From the NCBI GenBank assembly GCA_030390025.1, contig CM059430.1, positions 12,524,001 to 12,588,000 on the forward strand: DNA of 64,000 nt, written 5' to 3'. The first letter of the stretch is position 1. Every line of letters begins with the position of its first letter. Below, one piece after another: positions 49,861 to 62,775 of the stretch. The stretch is from Squalus acanthias. Lineage: Eukaryota. The position numbers and the translations under genes were made by a program. Under the pieces are notes generated by a model that worked only from the letters and a program-made list of their open reading frames with translations, did not search any database and was not told the origin of the DNA.

Positions 49861-50081
49861 GTTTCTGGAACTCGCCTGATCGCAATGTGTTATTTTTGCT
49901 TCACGCACACGTCGCCATTCCTCCCCTCAATCCGGTTTTGAGCAGCTTTGCCTGCTCGGGGTAAGTTGACTAGCTGGTCCAAGGAGGTGGCCACCATCAC
50001 CAACAGCAGAGGTGCAACGAATAGTCCATCTGACATCAGCGGTGCAAAATTGCAGTAAAAATAACTTACACGTTCTAGGTA

Positions 50082-50410
50082 CCGATCTGAAAATGAAATC
50101 CATGTAAACTGCACCACACAAGGCTTTGGTATTCCCAGCACGGAACCGTGACCAGTGGGAGAACACAACTGGGAAATTGCCCACGACTTACCGTCGCCAG
50201 GGTGCGCGCTTTCCTGCATGTTCTGAAGACACTAGGGTAGACGGCACAGAACCACACCCAGCAGGCAGGCCCATCAGGAAAAGGTGCACCATGGGGATGG
50301 AAAATCACCGGCTGCAAGTGAGCAATTGCCCAATCCCGCCGGTTACCATTCCTCACTGGGAATGCCAAAGCCTGTGTGTGCCATTTGCATGGATTTCATT
50401 TTCAGATCAG
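50082..50410. mobile_element. Tc1/mariner-like MITE with long imperfect TIRs
   Basis: Left CCGATCTGAAAATGAAATCCATGTAAA..GGCTTTGGTATTCCCAG mirrors right CTGGGAATGCCAAAGCC..TTTGCATGGATTTCATTTTCAGATCAG. TA lies on both flanks. Confidence 0.7.
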
Positions 50411-51189
50411 TACAAAGGCACTAAACCCCCTTGTGTATGTTATAATGCAGTTCCAGGCAAGTGGCTTCGTATTATGAAACATCATATTCATTACAGGCCT
50501 GTGGAAGACCCAGAAAATAGAATCTGCCTTAAAATAAAAATCAATTTTTATTGAGTATATTCATAGGATAACAAGTCATACAGACATTGCAGGAGATATA
50601 ACACTTTATATTAGATTCAGGGAAAGGTTTTTATTCCCTTAATAGAGTTGGCTACAGGCCACAGCAGCAGATAGGTCTTCAGACCCTTAACACTTCCACC
50701 TAGATAATGCACTTTGGCCAAATTGGCCTCGTCTCAGATTGTAAAAGGGAGCTGAAAGCACTCAGCTCACACGAGGTATCTTGAATGGGGCCAAAGGTTC
50801 TGGCCTGTGGGATTTTACACAAGGTAGGTTCCGATGAAGCAGGCCCTTCAGTTCATTTCATCTCATCCTTCCAAAATTCCAAATTTAAGGTCAGATGAAG
50901 AGGGGTAAGAGGAGACGCATTTGGACCATAAACATCAGCACAGACCTGTTGGGCCGAATGGCCTGTTTCTGTGCTGTACGATCTATGAAACCCGACTGCA
51001 CAAAAGACAGGTACAGTATAATAAAGTAGCTAAAGCAGAAGCCTGGTCAGGGGTGAGGTGAGAGAAGTGTTGGAGACTTTCACTGACAAATTAAGCTGGT
51101 CTTAATCTGACTCAAAACATCACGCGCAAAATGAGAGAAATTCAGGAAAAGCAGACTGTTCACAAATTTGGTTTCCTAGACTGGACCCG

Positions 51190-52025
51190 GCGCCGAGCTT
51201 CTGACCCCATGTCCTTGCCATCACAAAGACTCCATTACTTCCACCTCCAGATAATTTGCCCAGCTCCACCCTAGCTCAGCCCATCTACTGCAAAAACCCT
51301 CATTTCATTTATGCCTTTGACACCTTCAGACTTGATTATTTCAATGCTTTCCTGGCCGGCCTCGCAATCTCTGCCCTCCATAAACTTCAGCTCATCCAAA
51401 ACGTTCTTGCCTGTACCCTATCCCGCGCGAAGTCCTGCTCGCCCATTCCCCTTGCTGACTCCCAGTCCCCCAATGCTTCAAATTTAAAATTCTCATCCTT
51501 GTGTTTGAATCCCTCCATGGCCTCTTCCCTCCTTATCTCTATAACCTCTTCCGGAGCTCGAATTCCCCAGCCAACCCCACCAAACTTTCCATTCTTCCCC
51601 TGGACACCTCTCCTTTCCGTCTCCAGTGGTCGCCATGCCTTCAATCACCTACGCTCTGCAATTAACTCCCTAAACTCCTCTACCTCACCTCCTATCATTA
51701 GTACATTGCTGTTTGTGGGAGCTTGCTGTGCGCAAAATTGGCTGCCGCGTTTCCTACATTACAACAGTGACTACACTCCAAAAGTACTTCAGTGGCCGTA
51801 AAGCGCCTTGGGACGTCCGGAGGTCGTGAAAGGCTCTATATAAATACAAGTCTTTCTTTCTTTTCTCCTCCTTTAAGTCCCATCTCTTTGACCAAGCTTT
51901 TAGTCATCCCTCCTAATATCTCTTTCTTTGGACCAATGCCTATTTGTTCTTTTATGCCTCTTTGAAGAGACTTGGGGCAGTTTTCTACACGAAAGGTGCT
52001 CTGTAAGTGCAAGCTACTGTTGTTG
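51190..52025 (+). mobile_element. L2 LINE 3' fragment with a nested Deu-SINE tail (about 51695-51862)
   Basis: IYAFDTFRLDYFNAFLAGL...LHKLQLIQN matches the L2 'SRLDY.N' block, and an L2 tail lies at about 51960-52025. Confidence 0.8.
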
Positions 52026-52314
52026 ATATTTGTACAATGAACTACTCAGAGGCATTCAAGGGCAATAGAAAACAGCTCCTTCAAATTAAACACATTCATA
52101 GAGCTCACTTGAAACAAGTAACAGCAGTTGTGTCTGTTTATTTTTATTGTGCTCCATATTACAGCATCCTTTAAAAAAAAAATCCACACCAAAAATAGAT
52201 CAACCCAATTATTTCAATTTATCAACATTTGCCTATGCAGTGATTACTGGAGTTTAGACCACATAAGATAACAGCCAGTTAAAAACACAATGCAAGTAGG
52301 TTGTGAAGTATGGC

Positions 52315-52990
52315 CCAGACATTACAGTACTGCAGTTTGGTTCGGAAGAGTGAATGCATTACAATCCACTGGGTGGGTCAAGAAGGGTGATGTCTGCATT
52401 ACAGTACCGCATCCGGGCCAAGACAGGGGTGCACGCATTACAGTCCCATGTGTGAGTCAGAAAGAGCAATACATTCATCACAACACCATGGGCGAGTCAG
52501 GAAATGCAGTACATTCATTACAGTCTTACAGGTGCACTAGGAAGGGCATTACAATCCCATGGGTAGGCCAGGAAGGGTTTTGCATGCATTACAATCCCAC
52601 TGGTCGGCTAGTAAGGGCGATACAATACAGTTCCTAAGATAAGCCAGGAAGGATGATGCATGCATTACAATCCCCTGGTTGGGTCAGGAAGCGTAGCACA
52701 TGCATTACAACCAATGTTCCCCCTCATTTCTTTTAGGGGTGCGCGGTCCCTTTAACGGGCTGCGCGGCCCATTCAAAAATTCGCACATGCGCGAAATCTC
52801 TCACTGAAAAGCCGGCAAGCGGCCTGCGCGGGACCTCCGGACAGCTGCGTGGCGCGGCAATGTTGATTACAACCCCACGGGATGGCCAGGAACAAGCAAT
52901 ACGTTATGGTCCCGGGGTAGGTCAGGAAGAATGACGCGTACATTATAGTCGCACGGCTGGGTCAGGAAGGGCATTGCACGCATTACAAAA
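52315..52990. repeat. Degenerate minisatellite of roughly 35-40 bp (GGGTCAGGAAGG...TGCATTACAATCCC)
   Basis: More than 10 recurrences of CATTACA and CAGGAAG, interrupted by a MITE. Confidence 0.75.
52712..52865. mobile_element. hAT-type MITE (sister of 8679-8815, inverted)
   Basis: Perfect 8-bp TSD ATTACAAC (52704-52711 and 52866-52873). Interior AAAAGCCGGCAAGCGGCCTGCGCGGGACCTCC is the reverse complement of the 8679 copy. Confidence 0.8.
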
Positions 52991-54437
52991 CCCTAGATGT
53001 GTTGGGGAGGAAAATGGGAGGGCATTACTTTTAACGAGATGGTAGAAACAAATCTAAAAAAAAATCAACAATTAGCCACATCAATAAAATCATTGGAAAT
53101 ACAGAACCACGCCTGCTGCTTGTACCACGAATCGTTATCAACCAAGGTTGGGAGCGCGGGGCTTTGTCCTTAGTTGCGCTACATTTGTTGCTGCTTAAGT
53201 AAGGATTTCACCATTGTGAGAATCCACACAGTGCTTCCTATCCAATACCGCACTTTCACGCCCATCAGAATTCCTAAACCGTACTAGTTACGTGGCTGCA
53301 CAGTATCCGAAAACACATTGCACATAAGCAGCAGCCGGACACCGAGAAAACTCCAAAGGTGAGAGCTGAGCATATCCAGGCAACTCAAACGAGCTGATTA
53401 ATAATTCAGGAAGTGAGAAGCGACATCAAAAGCTCAAAGCCGGGCCATCTGTGTTATTGGACGGCTGTTGGGCACAATCACACCTGACTGCAGAAAGTGA
53501 TCCAGACAAGTGCAATACTGCGTCCAATGGGACCAGGGAGGGAGGTGGGGAGAGCAGATGGATAACTAACCGTGCAAATGATGGCAAAGTCACTGTGACA
53601 ACAACAGTGCTTCTAAATCCCTCACTTGGCAAATTTACAGGAAGCTCAATTAACTTTTTACATCTGAAATATCTGCACCAGCTTTCCACTTAAAGAGACC
53701 GTGCCCCCTTCCTTTCTTCTCGTTGGTCTGCCTTGGCAGAATGCCAAAGGCATCAGAAGTGAGGCCTTCAGTGATGCTTTCCTTTTAAATGTGTGCCAGC
53801 CTTCCTCCAATTCTGCACAAAGGGTGTTTTATTTTTAAATTCAGCCCGAAAAGCTGTAATGTAAAGTTTAACAGAGGCATGGGAAAAACCTGTTCCACAT
53901 TACTGCCATCTCTGTTGAGCCCACTTGAGCACTCCAACCACATTCTTGGACTTCAAACGATTGTGACATTCGCCCCCTTTATTTAAAGCCATTATCTATT
54001 ATGCATGTTTTATGAAAAAAACGTGTGCGTGGATAGAGACGGAGGTGGAAGAGCGGATCTCGGAGGGAGAAAGAGCAGCACAGTCCCAACGTGATTCCAT
54101 TTGAGGGCATGCACTCGTCAGCAGCCAGAGGATGCGTGTGTATTATACACCGCGGGCAGGACTGCCGCGTTCTCTCCCTCCCCGCTGCTGCCGACGGTCA
54201 CCCGAGTCACATCACCTGGGGTGAACAGTAGAGGCCGACGGGATCCGAGGACAGAATCCGCTGTCTCTACCACTTTAAACGGAGTTGCTTCCTGGCAAAT
54301 TGTGCTAGGAATGTGAATTTTATCATCAAACTAATTGTTTCCACATTGTCTTTTTTTAAAAAAAAAATGCAACTTCATAAAAATGAGAAACCGTGAAGCG
54401 ACTCCACACTTTTCATTTCAGCGTCATAAATTTATAT

Positions 54438-54815
54438 GAGACTTGAGCACAAAATCCAGGCTGACACTCCAGCGCAGTGCTGAGGGAGTGCTGCACTGTC
54501 GGAGGTGCCGTCTTTCAGATGAGACGATTAAACCGAGGCCCCGTCTGCTCTCTCAGGTGGACGTAAAAGATCTCATGGCCCTATTTGAAGAGAGCAGGGG
54601 CGTTCTCCCCGGTGTCCTGCCCAATATTTATCTCTCACTCAACATCACTAAAACAGATTATCTGATCACTATCTCACTGCTGTTTGTGGGAGCTTGCTGT
54701 CTGCAAATTGGCTGCCGCGTTTCCTACATTGCAACAGTGACTACACTCCAAAAAGTACTTCGGGATGTCCGGTGGTCGTGAAAGGCGCTATATAAATGCA
54801 AGTCTTTCTTTCTTT
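54438..54815 (+). mobile_element. Deu-domain SINE lacking the tRNA head
   Basis: Runs from GAGACTTGAGCAC through the Deu core to the tail AAATGCAAGTCTTTCTTTC. Confidence 0.85.
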
Positions 54816-55119
54816 GATAAGAATAAGAATCGTTCAAGCCATGTTTTTAACTCCATTTGATTAGATCTTTAAACCAGAAGAGCTACAAGCATCAACATCT
54901 CTGAAAAATTTGCACCAGAAGATACTGCTTTCAAAAGTTTTTATGTGCTTTAAAAACATGGCAGTGACTTGCACATATGTCTGGTTACAGGCTAACCGTT
55001 TAAAGGAGAAGAGTTTAAACACTGGTGTTTATGGTATTTCTTCAGAGAAAGCAGCTTTAAAGTGATTTGAGGATCCCTCGGGAATTCAATGATTAAATGC
55101 ATCACTTGGTGTTGGACGG

Positions 55120-55380
55120 AGCCACACAGATCAGGAGGTCCAAGCTTGATTGCACGTCTGTGCTGAGTTAACTGATCTCAGCTGGCAAGAGTGTTAAAAG
55201 TTGGCTTCAGGACCCTTTAAATGAAGGGCTCCTGCTCCTGATTGCTATCCTGCACCATCTGCTCTCAAATGTGTGCAAACAGGATCTGGGTGACAGTGGT
55301 GCCCCCCACAGTCAAATAACCTGCAGTCACACACCAGCTGGCATCGCACGTGAAAATGGCCACTTGGGGGCAGCACCTGT
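55120..55380 (+). mobile_element. Representative copy of an old, highly diverged dispersed SINE-like family
   Basis: Motifs CTGTGCTGAGTTA.CTGATCTCAGC, CTCCTGAT..CTATCC and CAGTCAAATA.CCTG recur in either orientation at about 7370, 8900-9150, 13190, 20680, 21700, 23850, 27480, 27900, 31330, 57700 and 62050. Confidence 0.55.
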
Positions 55381-55414
55381 AGAAGTGTATTAAAAATGGC
55401 TGTAGGCATAAAAA

Positions 55415-56893
55415 CCACTGAATCACAGAACAGTACAGTACAGCACAGAAGGAGGCCATTCGGCCCATCGAGTCTTCGCCGGCTCTATTGAAGAGCAATC
55501 CAGTTAGTCCCACTCCCCCCGCTCTTTCCCCATATCCCTGCAATTTTTTCTCCTTCAAGCATTTATCCAATTCCCTTTTGAAGGCTACTAATGAATCTGT
55601 ATCCACCCCCCTATCAGGTAGTGCATTCCAAATCCTAACCACTCGATGCATAAAAAGATTTCTCATGTTCCCTCTGGTTCTTTTGCCAATCACCTTAAAT
55701 CTGTGACCTCTGGTTATCGACTCTTCAGCCACTGGAAACAGTTTCTCTTTATTTACTCTATCTAAAGCCTTCATGATTTTAAACACCTCTATCAAATCTC
55801 CTCTTAGCCTTCTCTGCTCCAAGGAGAACAACCCCAGCTTCTCCAGTCTATCCACGTGACTGTAATCCCTCATCCCTGGAACCATTCTAGTAAATCTCTT
55901 CTGTACCCTCTCCAAAGCCTTCACGTTCTTCCGAAAGTGTGGTGCCCAGAATTGGACACAATACTCAGCTGGGGCCGAACTAGTGTTTTATAAAGGATTC
56001 GCATAACTTCCTGACTTTTATAGTCTCTGCCTCCATTTATAAAGCCCAGGATCCCATATGCTTTATTAACTGCCTTGTTAACCTTTCCTGCCACCTTCAA
56101 AGATTTGTGTACAAACACCCCCAGGTCTCTCTCTTCTTGCACCCCCTTCAAAGTTCTGCCATTTAGTTTGTACTGTCTCTCCTCCTTCCTACCAAAATGT
56201 ATCACACACTTTACTGCGTTGAATTACCTCTATCTGTCCGCCCATTCCACCAGCCTGTCTATGTCCTCCTGAAGTCTATTCCTCACTGTTTACTACACTT
56301 CCAAGTTTCGTGTCATCTTCAAATTTCAAAATTGTGCCCTGTACCCACAAGTACAAGTCATTAATGTATATCACAGCAGTGGTTCTGACGAAAGGTCATT
56401 GACCTGAAACGTTAACTCTGTTTCTCTCTCTACAGATGCTGCCTGACCTGCTGAGTGTTTCCAGCATTTTCTGTTTTTAGTCCCTAGTCCTGGGGAACAC
56501 CACTGTATATCGCCCTCCAGTCCGAAAAACAGCCATTCACCACAACTCTCTGTTTTCTATCCCTTAGCCAATTTTGTATCCATGCTACTGCTGCCCCTTT
56601 TATCCCATGGGCTTCAATTTTGCTAACAAGCCTAATATGTGATACTTTATCAAACCCCTTTTGAAAGTCCATATACACAACATCAACTGCACTGCCCTCA
56701 TCCACCCTCTCTGTTACCTCACCAAACAACTCAATCAAGTTAGTCAAACACGATTTGCCTTTAACAAATCCATGCTGGCTCTCCTTTGTTAGTCCATGCT
56801 TGTCCAAATGGCTGTTCATTTTCTCCCAAATTATTTTTTCTAAAAGCTTCCCCACCACCGACACTAAACTGACTGGCCTGCAATTGCCAGGTA
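55415..56893 (-). pseudogene. 5'-truncated, frameshifted CR1 ORF2 (reverse transcriptase) with 3' UTR
   Basis: GNCRPVSLVSVVGKLLE..SQHGFVKGKSCLTNL..VDVVYMDFQKGFDKV..GVPQ. The catalytic motif has decayed to FEDD, the sequence is split over three frames, and it is interrupted at 56381. Confidence 0.93.
56381..56479 (+). mobile_element. About 100-bp Penelope-like fragment starting at the hammerhead, nested in CR1
   Basis: GGTT-CTGACGA-A-AGGTC-ATT-GACCT-GAAAC-GTT-AACT...CCAGCATTTTCTGTTTTTA. Confidence 0.75.
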
Positions 56894-57045
56894 AGAACAA
56901 TTTCACCACGAGCGGAGCCCCCTGACTAGGATGGCTGGATGGTAAAATCACCCCTCACACCCCAGCAGGGATCAGACCTTCAGGAGAGGAGGAAAGAAGA
57001 CTGACAAAAAAAATGAAATGGATCAAGGACAAAACCCAAATCATT

Positions 57046-57486
57046 GTCAGCCATGGCTCATTGGTAGCACTCTCGCCTCTAAATCAGAAAGGCCTTGAGC
57101 ACAATAATCTAGGCTGACACTCCAGTGCATCACTGAGGGAATGCTAAACTGTCGGAGGTGCCGTCTTTTGGATGAGATGTTCAACCGAGCCCCCGTCCGT
57201 CCTCTCAGGTGGACGTAAAAGATCCCATGGCACTATTTCAAAGAAGAGCAGGGGAGTTCTCCCCGGTGTCCTGGCCAATATTTATCCCTCAACCAAGATC
57301 ACTAAAACAGATCATCTGATCATTATCACATTGCTGTTTGTGGGAGCTTGCTGTGCGCAAACTGGCTTCTGCGTTTCCTACATTACAACAGTGACCACAC
57401 TTCAAAAAGTACTTCATTGGCTGTAAAGCACTTTGGACATCCTGAGGCTGTGAAAGGCGCTATATAAATGCAAGTCTTTCTTTTTA
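57046..57486 (+). mobile_element. Deu-domain tRNA-SINE (B-box deleted)
   Basis: Head GTCAGCCATGGCTCA, Deu core and tail. Confidence 0.85.
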
Positions 57487-60279
57487 TTGTGAGAGAGCTC
57501 TGTGTCAGCAGCATGACTGGGTTGGCGGGGAGTCTGACTCTGTACAGACAGAACAGAGATAAGACTAGAAATTACTTTGGGCTACCTTTAGTGGACAAAC
57601 ACTCAGGGGTTAATCTTATAATGCCCCACTCCCAGCACTCAGCTTTGTGTGATGGGACCGCATATCAGGAATTTGGGTGAGGGGGTTGCGTGACGTTCTG
57701 TCCATTTATTCGAGGCAGTGTGTAACCGCAAGCTATTTGACCCTGAGGGGCATCACAGTCCACCTTGATCCAGTTCTCGCCCAACACTTACAGGCTCACA
57801 TTTTTTTTCAGCAGAAGTCAGTGGGGTGGAATAAATGGATTAGCAGCCGCATCGAGAGAAAAAAACGCTGGAGAGAGGGACTTGCTACAAGCGCATTAAG
57901 TGTTGATATGGAAACAGTGCGCGGTCAAGAGGATATATCCCAGCATTGGCAGGGCGGAGAATGACAGCTCTTGGCTAAACCTTTCAACCTTGACTACCAC
58001 ACTGCCCGCCGCCTCCCCCCCCCCCCGCCCCCCACACTGCCGGTCGGGTTTCTTTTAACATACATAACAACAGTAGTGGATCTCCTGTGGCGCCTCCACA
58101 GAGAGTTCAGACAGAGTGGATTTCCCTCAGTACATCAGACAGGCTGCAGGGAAAGGTCTTGGGATCGGCTGCTTCTGCAGCTCCATCTGCTGGCAGACGT
58201 GTGCAGCTGCAGGCATGACCGTGTCACAGAATGGTGATGCCCAAATAAGGAGTGTGAGCGGTAGATAGCAAATTGAATGTATTGTTGATACAGATTCAAT
58301 TGTAACCATCCTTTGTCTCAGCTTCTGACAAGAACTCACAATTACTCTCGTAAGCCATCTCTTAACAGTCACACACAAAACCTGCCCACAAAGGCAAAGG
58401 GTATTTTATATTTAAAACAAAACTCAATCATATTTACTAACGGTATTTTTGTTTGGTGACAGTAAAGCAGTCCCTCTTCTCTTTCTTGGGAAGCCCGCTC
58501 CTCACCCCAAGTGTCATCCTTGGCCAACTGAGAGACCGATGATCGGCTCCCAGGCCGGAAGAACGTAAGAATTAGGGGCAGGAGTAGGCCATAAGGCCCC
58601 TTGAGCCTGCTCCGCCATTCAATGAGATCTTCAACCTGAGAACAGCCATTATATGGTGTGTGAGAGTGAGGTGACTCCCCCTGTGCAGGGGTGGGGGAGG
58701 GGCCTGGTCTCACCTAGGCCCTACCCAACAAGTCCCACGACTCAGCTCAGTAACTCGTCAAGCGGCGAATCAAGAGACACAAACGTAAGACCTACTACTC
58801 TAGGGCGAAGAGTGCTGGATATCTGACCTGCTGTGTCACTGCCCTAATGGCGATGACCGTAAAAACCCATCACATCTGCCGTTCGAATTTAAAACACTGC
58901 GACCCTGCCATTAATGATCTAAATTAAAAGCTATTCAACGGGAAGATCTGTTTGGAGACCAGAGAAATTTAAATGAAAACCAAATGACAGAACTTGGCAC
59001 AACACGTCTAGTTACAAAAAAAAAACCCACGTGGCAGATGTCTGACCTTTAACCTTGCACTCACAGTCGGACACGAGACGTGTAAACTATTGCTGGTCCA
59101 CGACAGAAGCACCGTCAAAAACGGATGCCATTAGAACCGACAAGAATCATTCACAGCCGGCGGGATGCATATATTGGAAGGTGTAGCGAGGCATCAGAAT
59201 GGGGAGGCAGAATGCAACCAGTAGAACTCTCGGGCTCCGTGCTGCTGGTGCCACTTGTCCTCATTTCACTAACAAATGCTACTTAACCACGGTAAGTACA
59301 AAAAAATAAAATAAAAGAGAGATAAACAGGTCGAGGGGAAGCGACAAGGGATGGTCACATACCCAGAGTAAAAGCCAACTCTTATCAACGCCAGCTGCTG
59401 TTACTAAGAGCGAGTCAGGGTATGTTTCTGTCAACTCCTGTCGCTTTAAGAAAGGTTCTATGTAAATGACATTGAGAGAGTACAATGACGAAGATACATT
59501 CGGTCGGAAGGCAGAACCCACAGCTGTACTTTTGCTTTTTGCATATTTCAGTTGAAACCGAATACGTGTTAGGCCCTTCGCGCAGTGAGGAGGCTCTGTC
59601 TGGCCCTGTTTACGATGCCTTAAAAACAAATCAAACAGATAACTGCACCAAGCGAGGGTTTCAATTTCATTGTGTAGCAATAGATTAAATGTGGCACAAG
59701 CAGAGGTCAACGGACCACAGTGTCGCATACTGTGAAAGGAATGCTGTCCTTTCACCCAATGGATGAGGCTCTCTCTCTCTCTCTCTCTCTCTGCAGCGAG
59801 TTTCAGTTCAGAAACCCGAGTTAAAATTCATCCAAGTCTCATATTCTTTGGTGGGCGTAAAGGTCCTAAAATGAAATTAAGTTCAGACAGTCTCAGCTCA
59901 GATCCGAATGGGGACAAGTCCACAGTATAAAACGCTCCATAATTCTGCTCTCAGCTTCAGAGAAGGCATGGCGACGATGACTGGTGTGGCAAATGGAAAT
60001 GCTAAACTGGTGCAGTTGGAGGGGGCACTTTGGAGGGTGGCATTAAGGCACATTACAGGGGAGGGTAGGCAGAGTGGTGCTCTGCATCTGTCACAAGTAA
60101 TACTTGACCTGGAAGTGCTTGCTGTGCAACAAAAATGGTAAAATGCTCCATTCTCTCCAACACTGACTTCGAGGGTCCGGGTTGTCTGTTTCTAGAACCA
60201 AATTTTAAAAATTCAAGAATGAAAATCAATGGGTCACAGTAAGTACACATTCGAGGTGCTTGGGGGTGGGGCAGGTCTC

Positions 60280-60465
60280 ACCCGGGCAGGTAGCCAGGGC
60301 CTCCGTTTAACGTCTCATCTGAAAGACGGCGCCTCCAACAATGTAGCACTCCTTCAGTACTGCACTGAAGTGTCAGCCCTGTGCTCAAGTCTCTGGAGTG
60401 GGGCTTTGAACCCACAACCTTCTGACTCAAGAGATCAGAGTGCGACCGCTGAGCCAAGGGGTGAC
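60280..60465 (-). mobile_element. Deu-SINE 5' half (degenerate)
   Basis: TTTAACGTCTCATCTGAAAGACGGC...TTGAACCCACAACCTTCTGACTC. Confidence 0.75.
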
Positions 60466-60833
60466 ATTTTCTCCAGAACTCTGCTCACTCAACTATACCT
60501 CGAGCAGAAGTCACTGTCACTGGAAGAGAAAGGGAGAAAACTGAAAAAAAAAGCGCTGCCAATGCTAGCTGGACGTGCTTGTAGAAGTTTGCCTCCTCCG
60601 TTCTCTCCAGTCATTCCTGGTAGGAGTGAGCTATTCTCTCTGTAAGCAGTTTCAGTCCCAGTGCACAGACTGGTGGTGAACAAGCCCACAGTTTGAGTGA
60701 GTGTGGTCTGGGATCAGTTAGTAACATAGGGATGGGGAAGTCCTGATAAGAGCATATTCCGAAATGAAGGAAGTCTGTTCTTGGTAAACTGAACTCTTTA
60801 CAGGAATCTGGGCCTATACTCTTTGTAATTTAG

Positions 60834-60945
60834 AAGAAGGAGGACTTGCATTTCTATAGCGCCTTTCACGACTACCGAACATCTCAAAGCGCTTTACAGC
60901 CAATGAAGTCCTGCTGAAGTGGAGTCACTGTTGTAATGTGGGAAT
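60834..60945 (-). mobile_element. Deu-SINE 3' tail
   Basis: GACTTGCATTTCTATAGCGCCTTTCACGAC...GTCACTGTTGTAATGTGGGAA. Confidence 0.75.
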
Positions 60946-60947
60946 GA

Positions 60948-61315
60948 AACATCTAAGACTCTGAGGGAGGAATGACAGGGTAGATGCGGAGAGGTTGTTT
61001 CCCCTGGCCGGAGAGTCTAGAACTAGGGGGCATCATCTCAGGATAATGGGTAGGCCATTTAAGACTGAGGTGAGGAGGAATTTCTTCACTCAGAGGGTTG
61101 TGAGCCTTTGGAATTCTCTGTCCCAGAGGGCTGTGGATGCTCAGTCGTTGTGTATATTCAAGGCTGAGATCGATAGATTTTTGGACTCTAGGGGAATCAA
61201 GGGATATGGGGATTGGGCGGGAAAGTGGAGTTGAGGTCAAAGATCAGCCATGATCTCACTGAATGGCGGAGCAGGCTCGAGGGACCGTATGGCCTACTCC
61301 TGCTCCTAACTCTTG
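60948..61315 (+). mobile_element. CR1 LINE 3' fragment
   Basis: FPLAGESRTRGHHLRIMGRPFKTEVRRNFFTQRVVSLWNSLSQ, followed by the 3' UTR. Confidence 0.9.
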
Positions 61316-61569
61316 TGCTCTTATAAATCAAGCCCACTCTGGAGAACAGCCTCCAACTCCATTCACTGTGCCCATGGAAGACGATATGGCTTTACATCTG
61401 TGGGGTGTGAGTTCAAATCCGGGCCGGACTGACGGGATGAAAGTTTCTTCTAGGCATAAGGAAATCACTTTGACCTAGGGGTACACATGTTATTTTTAAA
61501 ATTGTGCTTACCAAGATGAGGGACATTTAGTGCTGGGAATAGAACACTTCCCAGCGTCAATGTTGAGCA

Positions 61570-61870
61570 CACCTAGGTCAAATATAGCACAGCAAGGTGC
61601 AGAGTAAACCTCCCTCCATTCCGCAACAAGAATGCACCACAGAAGAGCACCAGTGTGACGGGATTTTTACCCATTTTCCACACCAGCCCGTCTGAGTAAC
61701 ACTGCCAAAACGATGCCATGTTAAGGCCCAAGCCCGCTAGAATCTGGATCGAGATTCTCTGAACTGATTTCACACAGGACCCTCGCAGCCAGCAGACCTC
61801 CAACCCATTAGTCTGGGCTGGATTTGAACCTAGGCCCCAGAGGTGAAAGGTCAGTGGCTAACCCACTGAA
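61570..61870 (-). mobile_element. Old tRNA-SINE with an LF-SINE-like head
   Basis: Minus strand reads TCAGTGGGTTAGCCACTGACCTTTCACCTCTGGGGCCTAGGTTCAAATCCAGCCCAGAC, with a B-box GGTTCAAATCC. Confidence 0.5.
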
Positions 61871-62329
61871 ACAGCTGCTTCCTGCTCACTAATTGTAACC
61901 AAAACCCATAACAGACAATTAAATAAAAGCACCATCTTTTTTTGCTTAGACTCCCAATTTTCCTCCCGGCTCTCTCCTAAGGTGCCGACTCTCTCCGGGT
62001 TACAATTCTAAGGACCCTGGCAGCCTTTAAGCACCTCAGCCAAGGGGCCATTCTTGGTGTTTGAGACGACACAGTGAGCTGCGGCAGGCTATTACACCGC
62101 GGCACCGAGAACAGTCGAGACCAATCCTGTCTGCGCCCGATGTCCGCACACATGCACTTTCCAGCAGCAGGTCACTGGAAAGCAACAAGGAGTGGGAGGC
62201 AGTCTCATTTATTTCCCCCTCCTGAGCCCATGGATGCAGAGGTCAATTATAGAACTCTTAACTGCCTTGCTGACTTTGATCAACTAACACAGCGCAGATT
62301 GGGGGGGGGGGGGCGGGGGTCTGATATGG

Positions 62330-62775
62330 AGTCAGCTGTGGCTCAGTGGGCAGCACTCTCGCCTCTGAGTCAGAAGGTTGTGGGTTCAAGTCCCACTCCA
62401 GAGACTTGAGCACAAAAATATAGGCCGACACTCCCAGTGCAGTGCTGAGGGAGTGCTGCACTGTCGGAGGTGCCGTCTTTCAGATGAGACGTTAAACCGA
62501 GGCCCCCGTCTACCCTCTCAGGTGAACATAAAAAGTCCCACAGCACAGTTTGATAGAGGAGTAATCGTGGTGTCCTGGCCAGTAGTTATCCTTCAACCAA
62601 CATCACTAAAACAGAATGTCTGGTCACGTTATCTCGGCACTGTCTGTGGGACCTGGTTCTGCGCAAAGTGGCTGCCACTACAACAGTGTGTACACTTCAA
62701 AAATAATTCATTGGCTATAAAACGCTTTGGGATGTCCCAAGGACCTGAAAGCTGCTATATAAATTAAAGTTCTAC
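62330..62775 (+). mobile_element. Deu-domain tRNA-SINE (3' half more diverged)
   Basis: Intact A/B boxes and Deu core, degenerate tail. Confidence 0.85.

Noticed and set aside
55265-56951. Potentially active reverse transcriptase gene
   Set aside because: It is 5'-truncated, frameshifted and interrupted, and its catalytic motif is altered.
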